From the UHGV virus genome UHGV-0368393: a stretch of DNA of 36,737 nucleotides. One strand, given 5' to 3'. Source of the stretch: a virus. The stretch's first letter is position 1, and the number at the start of each line of letters is the position of its first letter. Below the pieces are notes generated by a model. It ran no database searches and was not told where the DNA came from. It saw nothing but the letters and a program-made list of their open reading frames with translations. The position numbers and the translations under genes were made by a program. Positions 20,918 through 29,007 of this stretch are shown here, in pieces.

Positions 20918-21006
20918 TGAGCGAACAGAACGAATTTGGAAGAATAACAGCAGAGGAACTGGAAAAGGTATTTGAGACAGAAGAACAGGAGGAAGAGAAA
21001 GAATGA
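20918..21006 (+). CDS. 29-aa highly acidic peptide (MSEQNEFGRITAEELEKVFETEEQEEEKE)
   Basis: Very strong RBS AAAGGAGGTGAG with 5-nt spacing. Its stop overlaps the amidase ATG (ATGA). Confidence 0.35.
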
Positions 21007-21809
21007 AAATTGGCTTAAGGGGAGGACACTCCCCAAATTGTAAAGGTGCAATCGGTCTGATCGATGAGCAGGCAGAAGTACGGAAGATCTACAATGAGCT
21101 TGTACCAATGCTACAGGCTGTCGGTCATACTGTGGTTGATTGTAATTCCAACGCATCCAATGCGTCTGGTGAACTGTCTGACGGCACAAATAAGGCGAAT
21201 GGAGCAGGATGCGATATTTATGTCACCTTGCACATGAACGCCGCAGGAGCGACATCAGCAGGGGGCACAGAGGTGTGGTTATACGATGCATCTAACCAGA
21301 CAATGAACACGATCGCAAGCAATATCTGCCAGAATTTCGCAAATAAAGGATTTGCTAACCGTGGTGTAAAGTACAGTTCGGGATACCATGATCTGAATGT
21401 ATCTAATATGCCTGGCATGATCGTGGAGACATTATTCTGCACTGGCACAGGTGATGTGGCCAGATATCGAAATTTAGGTACAAAAGGAATTGCTGAGCTG
21501 ATTGCAAAGGCAATCGACAGTAGAGCGTCTGCATGCAGCGAACAAAAAAATAACCAGAATACAGGAATCGAACAGGAAGGAGAAGAAGAGATGAAATGTT
21601 TATTTACAGTAGAGGGAAAAGGTGCAGTGTATTATTTTGACGGTCAAAAAGTAATAACATTGGGTCATCCAGACGAATTAAAAATCATCCAGCAGATTTA
21701 CAAGGACAACAATGGTAAGGACATGCCGTGTTACAAGTGGAGTCCTAAAGCGCCATGGTATGCAAGGCTCATGTCGGTAATTTACAGTAAAGAGACCACA
21801 TCTATTTAA
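21003..21809 (+). CDS. Endolysin: N-acetylmuramoyl-L-alanine amidase (Amidase_3) with a C-terminal binding domain
   Basis: N-terminal MKIGLRGGHS...DIYVTLHMNA...GTEVW...ETLFCTG pattern typical of Amidase_3. Confidence 0.8.
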   Translation: MKIGLRGGHSPNCKGAIGLIDEQAEVRKIYNELVPMLQAVGHTVVDCNSNASNASGELSDGTNKANGAGCDIYVTLHMNAAGATSAGGTEVWLYDASNQTMNTIASNICQNFANKGFANRGVKYSSGYHDLNVSNMPGMIVETLFCTGTGDVARYRNLGTKGIAELIAKAIDSRASACSEQKNNQNTGIEQEGEEEMKCLFTVEGKGAVYYFDGQKVITLGHPDELKIIQQIYKDNNGKDMPCYKWSPKAPWYARLMSVIYSKETTSI

Positions 21810-21811
21810 TA

Positions 21812-21847
21812 AAAATCCCCTCGGAGATCAGCTCTCTGAGGGGTGAA
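21812..21847. terminator. Hairpin with flanking A/T tracts (bidirectional terminator candidate) after the endolysin
   Basis: AAAAATCCCCTCGGAGA-TCAGC-TCTCTGAGGGG, with A's on the 5' side and a T-rich 3' side. Confidence 0.4.
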
Positions 21848-21881
21848 TATTGTATCAATCTTATTGAATAAAAACATTCTA

Positions 21882-21903
21882 TTTACAACACACTTACAAC
21901 AAA
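21882..21903. repeat. 22-bp direct repeat copy 1 (TTTACAACACACTTACAACAAA)
   Basis: A perfect second copy lies at 22079..22100. Confidence 0.9.
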
Positions 21904-21974
21904 AATGCCAACAAAGCCCGTAAAACCGTCAATAATATTTAAGCAATCTTAAGATTTATTGATTTTCAAAGATT

Positions 21975-22025
21975 CCCGTGGTTGACGCAAAAACTTCAAA
22001 AAACGTGTCAACCACGGGCTTTTTG
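21975..22025 (+). terminator. Strong rho-independent terminator inside the candidate attP region
   Basis: 12-bp perfect GC-rich stem CCCGTGGTTGAC/GTCAACCACGGG with a 20-nt loop, followed by CTTTTTG. Confidence 0.5.
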
Positions 22026-22078
22026 TCGAATAAAATGCAATCAAAAAAGAATTGATTTCAGGTAGAATAATCGAACCG

Positions 22079-22100
22079 TTTACAACACACTTACAACAAA
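22079..22100. repeat. 22-bp direct repeat copy 2, overlapping the integrase stop codon
   Basis: Identical to 21882..21903. Confidence 0.9.
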
Positions 22101-23245
22101 TTGATTTCTATTTTTTCAATCTCATTTCTTAAGTCTTCCAATGTCCGGTGACCATATGTGTCATTTGTAATATCACCTATCTTATGTCCAAGCATTCTTT
22201 TTCGATCATTCTCCGCGACTTTATATTTTTCGCACAATTTTGAAAATGTGTGCCGGCAATCATGTGGAGTATGCTTTTCAATTCCAAGTGCGGACAGTTG
22301 CGCATACATCTTATCCCGGAATATATCGATTCTATCAGGCAGGATATAACCCTGTACTTTTATCCTGTGCTTTACAAGATTTAAAATCCCGGAATAAATC
22401 GGAACGGTTCTGTTTTTCCCAGCATCCGTTTTGATACCACCCAAAAAATAACGTTCTTTCAAATGGACTTCTAAAGTCTTATATTCAGAGATTCGAAAGC
22501 CGGAGTAGCACATGATCAGAATCATCTCGGACACTTCATTTTCTTTTGTTTCCCACAATTTCTTCAAATCTTCATCAGTAAATGGAATGCCATGCTCGTC
22601 ATCGTCATCCTGTGTGATTTCGACATAAGACGAATAATCTTTTGTACATAAATTGTTTGCCATAGCATACTTGTACATGTGATAGTATAGATTTTGGATG
22701 TGTTCTATGCTGGCGTGTCTAAGTGGACAAGCGTCCATTACTTCCTGTAGATCGTCTGTAACAAGCTCTGCGAAAATTCTGTTGTGTAGGGCAGCGGAGT
22801 TCTTGAATCCTGCGCGTAGCGTATATTCTAAGCTGGTACGTTTTACTTTTTTCGCATCGTATTCATGCCCAAACTTTTTAACATTGAATTTCCGGTATAC
22901 TTCCGCAAATGTTAATTGTGGCTCTTCCTTTGATTTAATTCCTTGCACCTGATTATAATTTGCAAGCAGAGACTGGATAAAATCCTCCGCATTCTTTTTG
23001 TCATCCACCTGGATATCATTTTCCATGCCGGGAGTATAGGTGCCGGCTTTGTATGCTGTCAGTACTGCGAAGCCGATCATCCAGTCAGAAACATAGCATA
23101 TTGCTTTCTGTGGCTTCATTTGCCCGTTTTCGTATTCTTCTTTAGCTGGCGGGTAAACGCCGTAAGGATTGCGGCGCCCTTTGCCGAGAAAGCGTATCTG
23201 ACCGTAACCATTGGGCAAACGAGGATGCTTTTTTCTTTTGGCCAT
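22091..23245 (-). CDS. int: Tyrosine recombinase / phage integrase
   Basis: Catalytic signature HDCRHTF plus a downstream tyrosine (TNDTYGHR). Real start MAKRKKHP with an AAAGGAG RBS. The 23314 track start adds an artefactual leader. Confidence 0.85.
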   Translation of the reverse strand: MAKRKKHPRLPNGYGQIRFLGKGRRNPYGVYPPAKEEYENGQMKPQKAICYVSDWMIGFAVLTAYKAGTYTPGMENDIQVDDKKNAEDFIQSLLANYNQVQGIKSKEEPQLTFAEVYRKFNVKKFGHEYDAKKVKRTSLEYTLRAGFKNSAALHNRIFAELVTDDLQEVMDACPLRHASIEHIQNLYYHMYKYAMANNLCTKDYSSYVEITQDDDDEHGIPFTDEDLKKLWETKENEVSEMILIMCYSGFRISEYKTLEVHLKERYFLGGIKTDAGKNRTVPIYSGILNLVKHRIKVQGYILPDRIDIFRDKMYAQLSALGIEKHTPHDCRHTFSKLCEKYKVAENDRKRMLGHKIGDITNDTYGHRTLEDLRNEIEKIEINLL

Positions 23246-23414
23246 ACAATCATCTCCTTTAAAATTAAGTATAAAAATAACAGCCAGCACATGAACAAAT
23301 GTTCTGGATTGCAAGCTGTTTCCGAAGATGATACAATATTCTTGGATTTCAATCGCATATCTTCGGATATGTAGACCGTCTCAGTGTTGGTAGCACTGGG
23401 GCGGTTTTTCTATT

Positions 23415-23945
23415 TTATTGTACGGCGATTTTTTGAGTGTCTTTTTTGTTGTCAAACGATATCATATCAGATGCTTCAATCGTGAGTTCTGTGTCACTCT
23501 TTAATTTATACACCTGACACACTTCAACGGTTCCACCTGGCTGTACTTCGTTCAAGGCGTAGTTGTTCATAGAGTCGTTCTGTTCAGTCATGATTCCTAT
23601 TTCACACTCACTGCCATCTTGGAAACACTGCACGTTTGCTGTAATTCCAGCTGTTGCATTTTCATCAGAATTGTTCGTGAAAGTGTAGTAGTAAAGCAGA
23701 CATTTATTTCCCTCATAATCATTCGCAAATTCATGTCGTACATATTTTACATTAAATTTTTCTGCTGTAAAATCTATGATTCCGTCATCCACTGGCTGAG
23801 CTTCTTCTTTTGGCTCTTCTTTCTGCTCTGTTGTTGCTTCTGTCGTTGTCTCGGCGTCTCTGGATGGTTCGGCATCCCCACCACATGCTGTAATGGATAA
23901 TGCCATAGCTCCTACTAATAACATTGCTACAATTTTCTTTTTCAT
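23415..23945 (-). CDS. Lipoprotein (candidate superinfection-exclusion / lysogenic-conversion protein)
   Basis: Signal peptide with the lipobox LSITAC, then a Thr/Glu-rich linker and a beta-rich domain. Sits between int and the repressor. Confidence 0.7.
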   Translation of the reverse strand: MKKKIVAMLLVGAMALSITACGGDAEPSRDAETTTEATTEQKEEPKEEAQPVDDGIIDFTAEKFNVKYVRHEFANDYEGNKCLLYYYTFTNNSDENATAGITANVQCFQDGSECEIGIMTEQNDSMNNYALNEVQPGGTVEVCQVYKLKSDTELTIEASDMISFDNKKDTQKIAVQ

Positions 23946-24005
23946 ATTTTCCTCTTTTCTCCTGTACCTTTAACACCACTTTACTCTATATAAACGCCGA
24001 AGCGG

Positions 24006-24491
24006 TTATATCATTTCCATAACTGCTAAATTAGGAATAAAATAAATAACATAATTATCTACAGTAGTACATTCACCATATTTTCCAGTATAGCAGTCAA
24101 TAGCTTCCTGCAGATATTCTTCTGTGACATGTAGATGTTCTGCAACTTCATATCGATTCTGGCATCCAGCATTAAAAGCGGATATGATACCACGTAACCC
24201 GATCATTCGGTTATATCCGCGTAATCGACCTTTTTGTTCTTGCTTTAGATTTTCAATATTCATTTGGTCAATGATATTTCCAACAGCAGTGAAATGATGT
24301 CCCATTTCTTCTGCGAGTACACACGCTTTTTCTGTTGATGTTCTTAACCTATCAGATATTGCAATTCTATTTCTGAATATTCGTCCATCACTCCCGGACA
24401 GAGGCTTCTCACGGACTACGAGTCCGCTATTTTTCGCCTCTTCTAAAAGTTCCTCATAAATTGTCATCGTATCACTCCCATTCAGAGTCAT
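24006..24491 (-). CDS. ImmA/IrrE-family metallopeptidase (anti-repressor protease of the immunity module)
   Basis: HEMGHH HExxH motif. Co-oriented with and overlapping the 3' end of the XRE repressor gene. Confidence 0.75.
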   Translation of the reverse strand: MTLNGSDTMTIYEELLEEAKNSGLVVREKPLSGSDGRIFRNRIAISDRLRTSTEKACVLAEEMGHHFTAVGNIIDQMNIENLKQEQKGRLRGYNRMIGLRGIISAFNAGCQNRYEVAEHLHVTEEYLQEAIDCYTGKYGECTTVDNYVIYFIPNLAVMEMI

Positions 24492-24963
24492 CCATCATGA
24501 TGTCATCATCATGTTTTCTCATTTCATTGGTTACTTTAATATCGGTACGTTCGTGAGCCGCCATTACTGATAGATCATCATCCATTTGTTGTATAGATAG
24601 CAATTGTTCAATGTAATTATCGGCTTTTCTTCTATTCATCTCAATCAACTGCAAATACTTTTTAAAATGAGTCTTTTCTCTCGAAGATAATGCGCCAATG
24701 TTATCAATTATATTTTCGAGATTATCATTTGTAAATACGTTTTCAATGTATTTATCGGTAGCTGAATCTAAATCCATGAGATAGGTAGGTGAGCAATCAA
24801 AAATTTCTGACATTTTCGCAATAGTAGAACGTTTTATATTCTTAACTCGCCCATTCTCATATTTTGCTATCGCAGATTTTTGAAGCCCCAACTTCTGTGC
24901 AAGCTCTTCTTGGGTGAGCCCAACTTCTTTTCTTTTGCTCTTTATTCTATCTGACATTGCCAT
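24472..24963 (-). CDS. XRE-family HTH repressor (CI-like)
   Basis: N-terminal HTH_3 (LTQEELAQKLGLQKSAIAKYENG) plus a C-terminal oligomerisation region. Transcribed divergently from the cro-like gene. Confidence 0.8.
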   Translation of the reverse strand: MAMSDRIKSKRKEVGLTQEELAQKLGLQKSAIAKYENGRVKNIKRSTIAKMSEIFDCSPTYLMDLDSATDKYIENVFTNDNLENIIDNIGALSSREKTHFKKYLQLIEMNRRKADNYIEQLLSIQQMDDDLSVMAAHERTDIKVTNEMRKHDDDIMMDDSEWE

Positions 24964-25060
24964 GTTTCTGTTCTCCTTTCGATGTGTCTTAATTTTACTA
25001 CATTAAATACGAGATTGCAAGCTTTTTGCGAAAAAGTGTCTTAAAAATATAAAAAAGTTG

Positions 25061-25089
25061 TTGACAATAAAGACACCCAGTGCTATTCT
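25061..25089 (+). promoter_or_regulatory. Sigma-70-type early promoter (TTGACA-17-TATTCT) for the cro-like operon
   Basis: Consensus -35 with 17-nt spacing to the -10. AAAGGAGG RBS lies downstream. Confidence 0.55.
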
Positions 25090-25093
25090 GTAA

Positions 25094-25110
25094 GTGTCTT
25101 AAACAGACAC
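25094..25110. promoter_or_regulatory. Operator palindrome GTGTCT-N5-AGACAC overlapping the early promoter start site
   Basis: Perfect inverted repeat. GTGTCTTAA half-sites also occur at 24984 and 25036. A second full palindrome lies at 25347. Confidence 0.55.
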
Positions 25111-25136
25111 AAATAAATTAAAGGAGGTTTGGTAGG

Positions 25137-25343
25137 ATGAATAAAAACATGCTAGAGTCGGTCATGAAGCTAAATGGTGACACGGGAACTTCCCTTGCTT
25201 CTTATTTAGGGATTGCACGAGGTACGTTTTCCGCAAAAATCAACGAAACAAACGGTGCGGAATTTACTCAAGGAGAAATTTCTAGAATTAAGCAGAAGTA
25301 TTCTTTGTGTGGGGAAGATATTGAAAAAATTTTTTTTAATTAA
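25137..25343 (+). CDS. Cro-like small HTH regulator
   Basis: 68 aa with the HTH-like segment TSLASYLGIARGTFSAK, divergent from the repressor. Confidence 0.55.
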   Translation: MNKNMLESVMKLNGDTGTSLASYLGIARGTFSAKINETNGAEFTQGEISRIKQKYSLCGEDIEKIFFN

Positions 25344-25346
25344 AAA

Positions 25347-25363
25347 GTGTCTAAAAAAGACAC
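25347..25363. promoter_or_regulatory. Second copy of the operator palindrome GTGTCT-N5-AGACAC between the cro-like and antirepressor genes
   Basis: Seen directly in the sequence. Confidence 0.5.
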
Positions 25364-25376
25364 AGAAAGAGGAAGT

Positions 25377-26153
25377 ATGAACAATTTAACAGTATTTGAA
25401 CAAAACGGTCAGTTACTCACCGACAGTAGAGAAGTGGCAATGATGGTAGGAAAAGACCATGCAAAACTATTAAGAGATATAAGAGAGTATTGCAAACATT
25501 TGAACGAATCCAATTTTGGATTGGTTGATTTCTTCATCGAATCAACTTACACAGATTCAAAGGGAGAAGTAAGACCATGTTACCTCTGCACAAAGAAAGG
25601 GTGCGACATGATCGCCAACAAAATGACCGGAAAGAAAGGTGTCATTTTCACAGCTACATATATTGAAGCATTCGAGAAGATGAAAGATTTCATCGAAAAA
25701 GGAACACAGTACGTTGGCATTCCATTAAAAGAACAGGTGGAATCACTGGAAGTGGTAGCAAGCATGTTAAGAATGAACGATGCAAGCAAGTTGCTGATGC
25801 TGAAAGGGTTCTATGATTCTTACCATATTCCGACAGGATTCTTACCGAATTATGAGTTCAACGGCAATAGGGAAATGAAGTCACTCACAGCACTACTGAA
25901 AGAAAATAATCTCGGAATCAGTGCAGTGCAGTTCAATAAGAAGCTTCTATCTGCCGGAATCTTGGAAGAAAAGGAACGCAAGTCCAGTAAGGGAATGGTG
26001 AAGAAGTTCAAATCACTGACGGAGAAAGGTTTGAAATACGGCGAGAATGCAGTCAGTCCTCATAATCAGAAAGAAGTGCAGCCGTTGTATTACAGTGACA
26101 CGTTTAATGAACTGTTTGATATGGTGATGACTGCTGACTTATCGGAATGGTAG
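25377..26153 (+). CDS. Antirepressor, Rha family (Phage_pRha N-terminal domain)
   Basis: Starts MNNLTVFEQNGQLLTDSREVAMMVGKDHAKLLRDIREY after an AGAGGAAGT RBS. Matches the Rha signature. Confidence 0.65.
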   Translation: MNNLTVFEQNGQLLTDSREVAMMVGKDHAKLLRDIREYCKHLNESNFGLVDFFIESTYTDSKGEVRPCYLCTKKGCDMIANKMTGKKGVIFTATYIEAFEKMKDFIEKGTQYVGIPLKEQVESLEVVASMLRMNDASKLLMLKGFYDSYHIPTGFLPNYEFNGNREMKSLTALLKENNLGISAVQFNKKLLSAGILEEKERKSSKGMVKKFKSLTEKGLKYGENAVSPHNQKEVQPLYYSDTFNELFDMVMTADLSEW

Positions 26154-26392
26154 AGGGCAGAGTAGTAGGAAATGTGGTGATAAAAATGGGAGCTACAAAG
26201 AGTTTAGCAAGGTATGTGCAAGAGAACTCAGTCAATCTTTCGGCAATGTCAAGAGAAACTGGTATTCCGTACATGGCGTTGTATGACAGCCTTGCAAATA
26301 AAAAAAGAGCTCGTCTGCTATCGTTTGATGAAGCACTTGTTATATGCAGATTTCTTGGAGTAAACCCGATGGATTTTGCGGAGGAAAAGTGA
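26147..26392 (+). CDS. Small XRE-type HTH protein
   Basis: SAMSRETGIPYMALYDSLANKK HTH-like core. About 70-80 aa depending on start. Confidence 0.5.
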   Translation: MVEGRVVGNVVIKMGATKSLARYVQENSVNLSAMSRETGIPYMALYDSLANKKRARLLSFDEALVICRFLGVNPMDFAEEK

Positions 26393-26395
26393 AAA

Positions 26396-26575
26396 ATGAA
26401 GATAGGCGTAGATACAGAAAACAGAGAAGAATATTTATTAAAAATTCTAAAAGAAGATATTCCGGTCAAGGAGATGGAAGAGCGTATTTTTAAAGAAATT
26501 GGAGAAAGACCTATTATAGATATGAACTGTGGGATGGAACCAGGAGTTTCAGGAAAGCCAGAATCTACTTTATAG
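26396..26575 (+). CDS. 59-aa hypothetical protein
   Basis: GGAGGAAAAGTGAAAA RBS. Its 3' end overlaps the 3' end of the convergent minus-strand gene. Confidence 0.35.
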   Translation: MKIGVDTENREEYLLKILKEDIPVKEMEERIFKEIGERPIIDMNCGMEPGVSGKPESTL

Positions 26576-27320
26576 ATTCTGACAAACCGAAAATATTTGA
26601 AATTTCGATTAATGCGCTACGACATTCTGCAGCGGAAATGGATATCCATTCCAGTAAAGCATCCGACAAAGAACTTGTATCACTTATATTGCAGAGAAGT
26701 GGAACAGCACTCCAAGTATTCGGATGCGATTGAAAAATAGGAAGCAATCGGTTAGCTATATACGAATTCATATCTCGCAGATATGGATCAGAATCTAATT
26801 TTTTTGCAAGCTGTGTTTTTGGTGTTTTACAAAGCTGCGATATTTCAAATGGAATTGCTTTTTGCACATCATTTTCAACATAAGTTTTAAAACAAGGATA
26901 GTACAATTGTCCGTCTGCAGTCATTAGGTTAATGGCGGTATTTTGCCAATATTCGGAAAGTTTTGGTAAAAAATAGTATGACGAAAGTTCACAAATGGAC
27001 TCTTCAAGCCATCGTAAATTCTGTTGTACTTTTCCATGAATGACTGTGTGACACATTTCATGAGCAAGCTGATATGCAAGTCGTGACCACGAGGATGGAT
27101 TTGAGTTCAAGATAATCAAATCTGACTCTTTAAAACAAGCGGGGCATTCCCGTTCCTTCTGAATAGTTATTGTGGTTGAAACGCTTTGTATAGGGAGAAC
27201 TTCGTTCATTACTCGAAGAAGCGTATCTATTACAAGCAACATATTTTCATCTGCTGTATCCGATTTACCGCAATTGAAATGAATTTGAGGAAAAGAATTA
27301 ATAGAAATAAGCTTTCCCAT
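26565..27320 (-). CDS. ImmA/IrrE-like HExxH metallopeptidase domain with a ~130-aa C-terminal extension of unknown function (opposite-strand moron)
   Basis: SRLAYQLAHEMCHTVIHG followed by LEESICELSSYYFLP, matching the ImmA HExxH...EE..FA.ELL.P arrangement. True start MGKLISINS after GGAGG. The 27335 GTG track start is the RBS read as codons. Confidence 0.6.
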   Translation of the reverse strand: MGKLISINSFPQIHFNCGKSDTADENMLLVIDTLLRVMNEVLPIQSVSTTITIQKERECPACFKESDLIILNSNPSSWSRLAYQLAHEMCHTVIHGKVQQNLRWLEESICELSSYYFLPKLSEYWQNTAINLMTADGQLYYPCFKTYVENDVQKAIPFEISQLCKTPKTQLAKKLDSDPYLRDMNSYIANRLLPIFQSHPNTWSAVPLLCNISDTSSLSDALLEWISISAAECRSALIEISNIFGLSESIK

Positions 27321-27348
27321 TTTAAAAACCTCCACATTAAATGATTAT

Positions 27349-27381
27349 GAAAATATTTTAACATGAAGTTAAAATATTTTC
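27349..27381. promoter_or_regulatory. 14-bp perfect inverted repeat with a 5-bp spacer (GAAAATATTTTAAC-ATGAA-GTTAAAATATTTTC), a candidate operator
   Basis: Located in the divergent intergenic region just upstream of the minus-strand ImmA-like gene. Confidence 0.6.
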
Positions 27382-27768
27382 AAGTTTCAAAGGGAAACAA
27401 ACCGATTTTAGAAAGGAGAAAAAATGAAAACAAGAAAAGATTTTTTAACAGATGAACAGGTAGAACAGGAAATTGAAAGATTGAATCAATCTGATGCCGC
27501 ACAGCTTTTTATATAGGAACAGCGCATTAAATATAAGAGGAGACAGTACCTGTATCAACTCAGATGCCATGAGAAGAGAGGAAAGCAGTTAATCCGTGAC
27601 GGAGTGAAGATGGAACAGCTTGAGTTGATGGAAAAGGAGATGGAAGAGTGATGTTGGAAGTACTTGGAAGTATCGCTACTATTGCAGCAACAATAGTACA
27701 AGCTGTAAGCGTAGTGCGTCTTATGAAGATTGAAAAGGAACTGAATAAAATGTACAAAAGGAGATCAA

Positions 27769-28530
27769 ATGAACGAATTAAAAGTAATTGAAAATGAACT
27801 TGTCCCAGTATACGAGACAAGTACAGGAGAAAAAGTAGTATACGGTTCAGAACTGCATGAGGTTCTGGGAGCACCAAGTGTTTACCGCGAATGGGTGAAA
27901 CGCAGATTATCAGATATTGATGCTATTGAAAATGAAGATTTTCAAGGCGTAGAAATTCCTACACCTTCCGGTCAGACTAAAAAAGACCACATAATCAAAC
28001 TGGATACTGCCAAAGAAATGGCAATGCTTGAGCGGAACGAAAAAGGAAAGCAAGTACGCAGATATTTCATCCGGGTAGAAAAGAAATACAAAGCGGCATC
28101 TCTTGCCACACAAGAACTCTCACCGCAGTTACAGGTCATGATTAACTTGGAAATTGAGCAGAAGCGTCAGGCAGAGAAGCTTGAGCACGTGGAAGAACGG
28201 ATTGAAAGCATCCGTGAGGTTGTTGCAATCGATACAACATCATGGAGAGAAGATACCGGAAGAATCTTGAGAAAAATTGGTATGGAGTGCGGAGACAGCA
28301 AGTCTTATCAAGATGTAAGGGCAGAATCCTATCAGTTGTTAGAAAAACGTATGGGAGTGAATGTAAAGCAGAGACTCACAAACAAACGTAGAAGAATGGC
28401 AGATGAGGGTGTTTGCAAATCCAGAAGAGACAAATTGAATTATCTGGATGTGATCGCTGATGATAAGAAGCTGATTGAGGGATATACGGCTATCGTAAAA
28501 GAGTTGGCTATTAAATACGGAGTGGCGTAG
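27769..28530 (+). CDS. Antirepressor, AntA-family N-terminal domain with a C-terminal coiled-coil domain
   Basis: ELVPVYE...GSELHEVLG...YREWVKRRL...ENEDFQ matches the AntA signature. AAAAGGAG RBS. Confidence 0.65.
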   Translation: MNELKVIENELVPVYETSTGEKVVYGSELHEVLGAPSVYREWVKRRLSDIDAIENEDFQGVEIPTPSGQTKKDHIIKLDTAKEMAMLERNEKGKQVRRYFIRVEKKYKAASLATQELSPQLQVMINLEIEQKRQAEKLEHVEERIESIREVVAIDTTSWREDTGRILRKIGMECGDSKSYQDVRAESYQLLEKRMGVNVKQRLTNKRRRMADEGVCKSRRDKLNYLDVIADDKKLIEGYTAIVKELAIKYGVA

Positions 28531-28544
28531 CAGGGAGGATTGAC

Positions 28545-28730
28545 ATGGAAATTGTAATAGCAAGCATCATCTGCTCGATCATGGTTTCTGTTGTTACAAG
28601 CATTATTATTACAAGGGAATACATGAGCGTTACTCAAAACGAGGTAGATAGGATGTTCAACATGAGTATTAAGCTTGTCGAGGATGCTGTGAAAATGATG
28701 GCTGATAGATTTGGAGCAGACCAGAAATAA
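28545..28730 (+). CDS. Small membrane protein (61 aa)
   Basis: N-terminal TM helix IVIASIICSIMVSVVTSIIIT. Confidence 0.4.
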   Translation: MEIVIASIICSIMVSVVTSIIITREYMSVTQNEVDRMFNMSIKLVEDAVKMMADRFGADQK

Positions 28731-28772
28731 ATTACGACAATCCAACCTGCATACATAAGTGAGGTGATAAAA

Positions 28773-29003
28773 ATGAACACCGCAATTGCATTAAAAGAAA
28801 CATTAAAAACGGCGGAAATCGCAAAGATTACCGGTTGCTCCGTGAACGAAGTACGATACCGCATGAGACACAACATCTGGACATTTGGAGTCGTGCGGAA
28901 GACCGGGGCAGTAAAGAAACACTATGAAGCTACTATTTCCGAAGTGGCTGAGTTCTTCAGACTGAGCCGGGAGGAAGTGATAGAAAGATTGGAAAGGAAG
29001 TGA
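28773..29003 (+). CDS. Small HTH DNA-binding protein
   Basis: GTGAGGTGA RBS. LKTAEIAKITGCSVNEVRYRM HTH-like segment. Confidence 0.4.
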   Translation: MNTAIALKETLKTAEIAKITGCSVNEVRYRMRHNIWTFGVVRKTGAVKKHYEATISEVAEFFRLSREEVIERLERK

Positions 29004-29007
29004 CGAT

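Noticed and set aside
27560-27877. 105-aa minus-strand ORF overlapping the AntA start region
   Set aside because: It has no RBS, is antisense to well-supported plus-strand starts, and has low-complexity composition.
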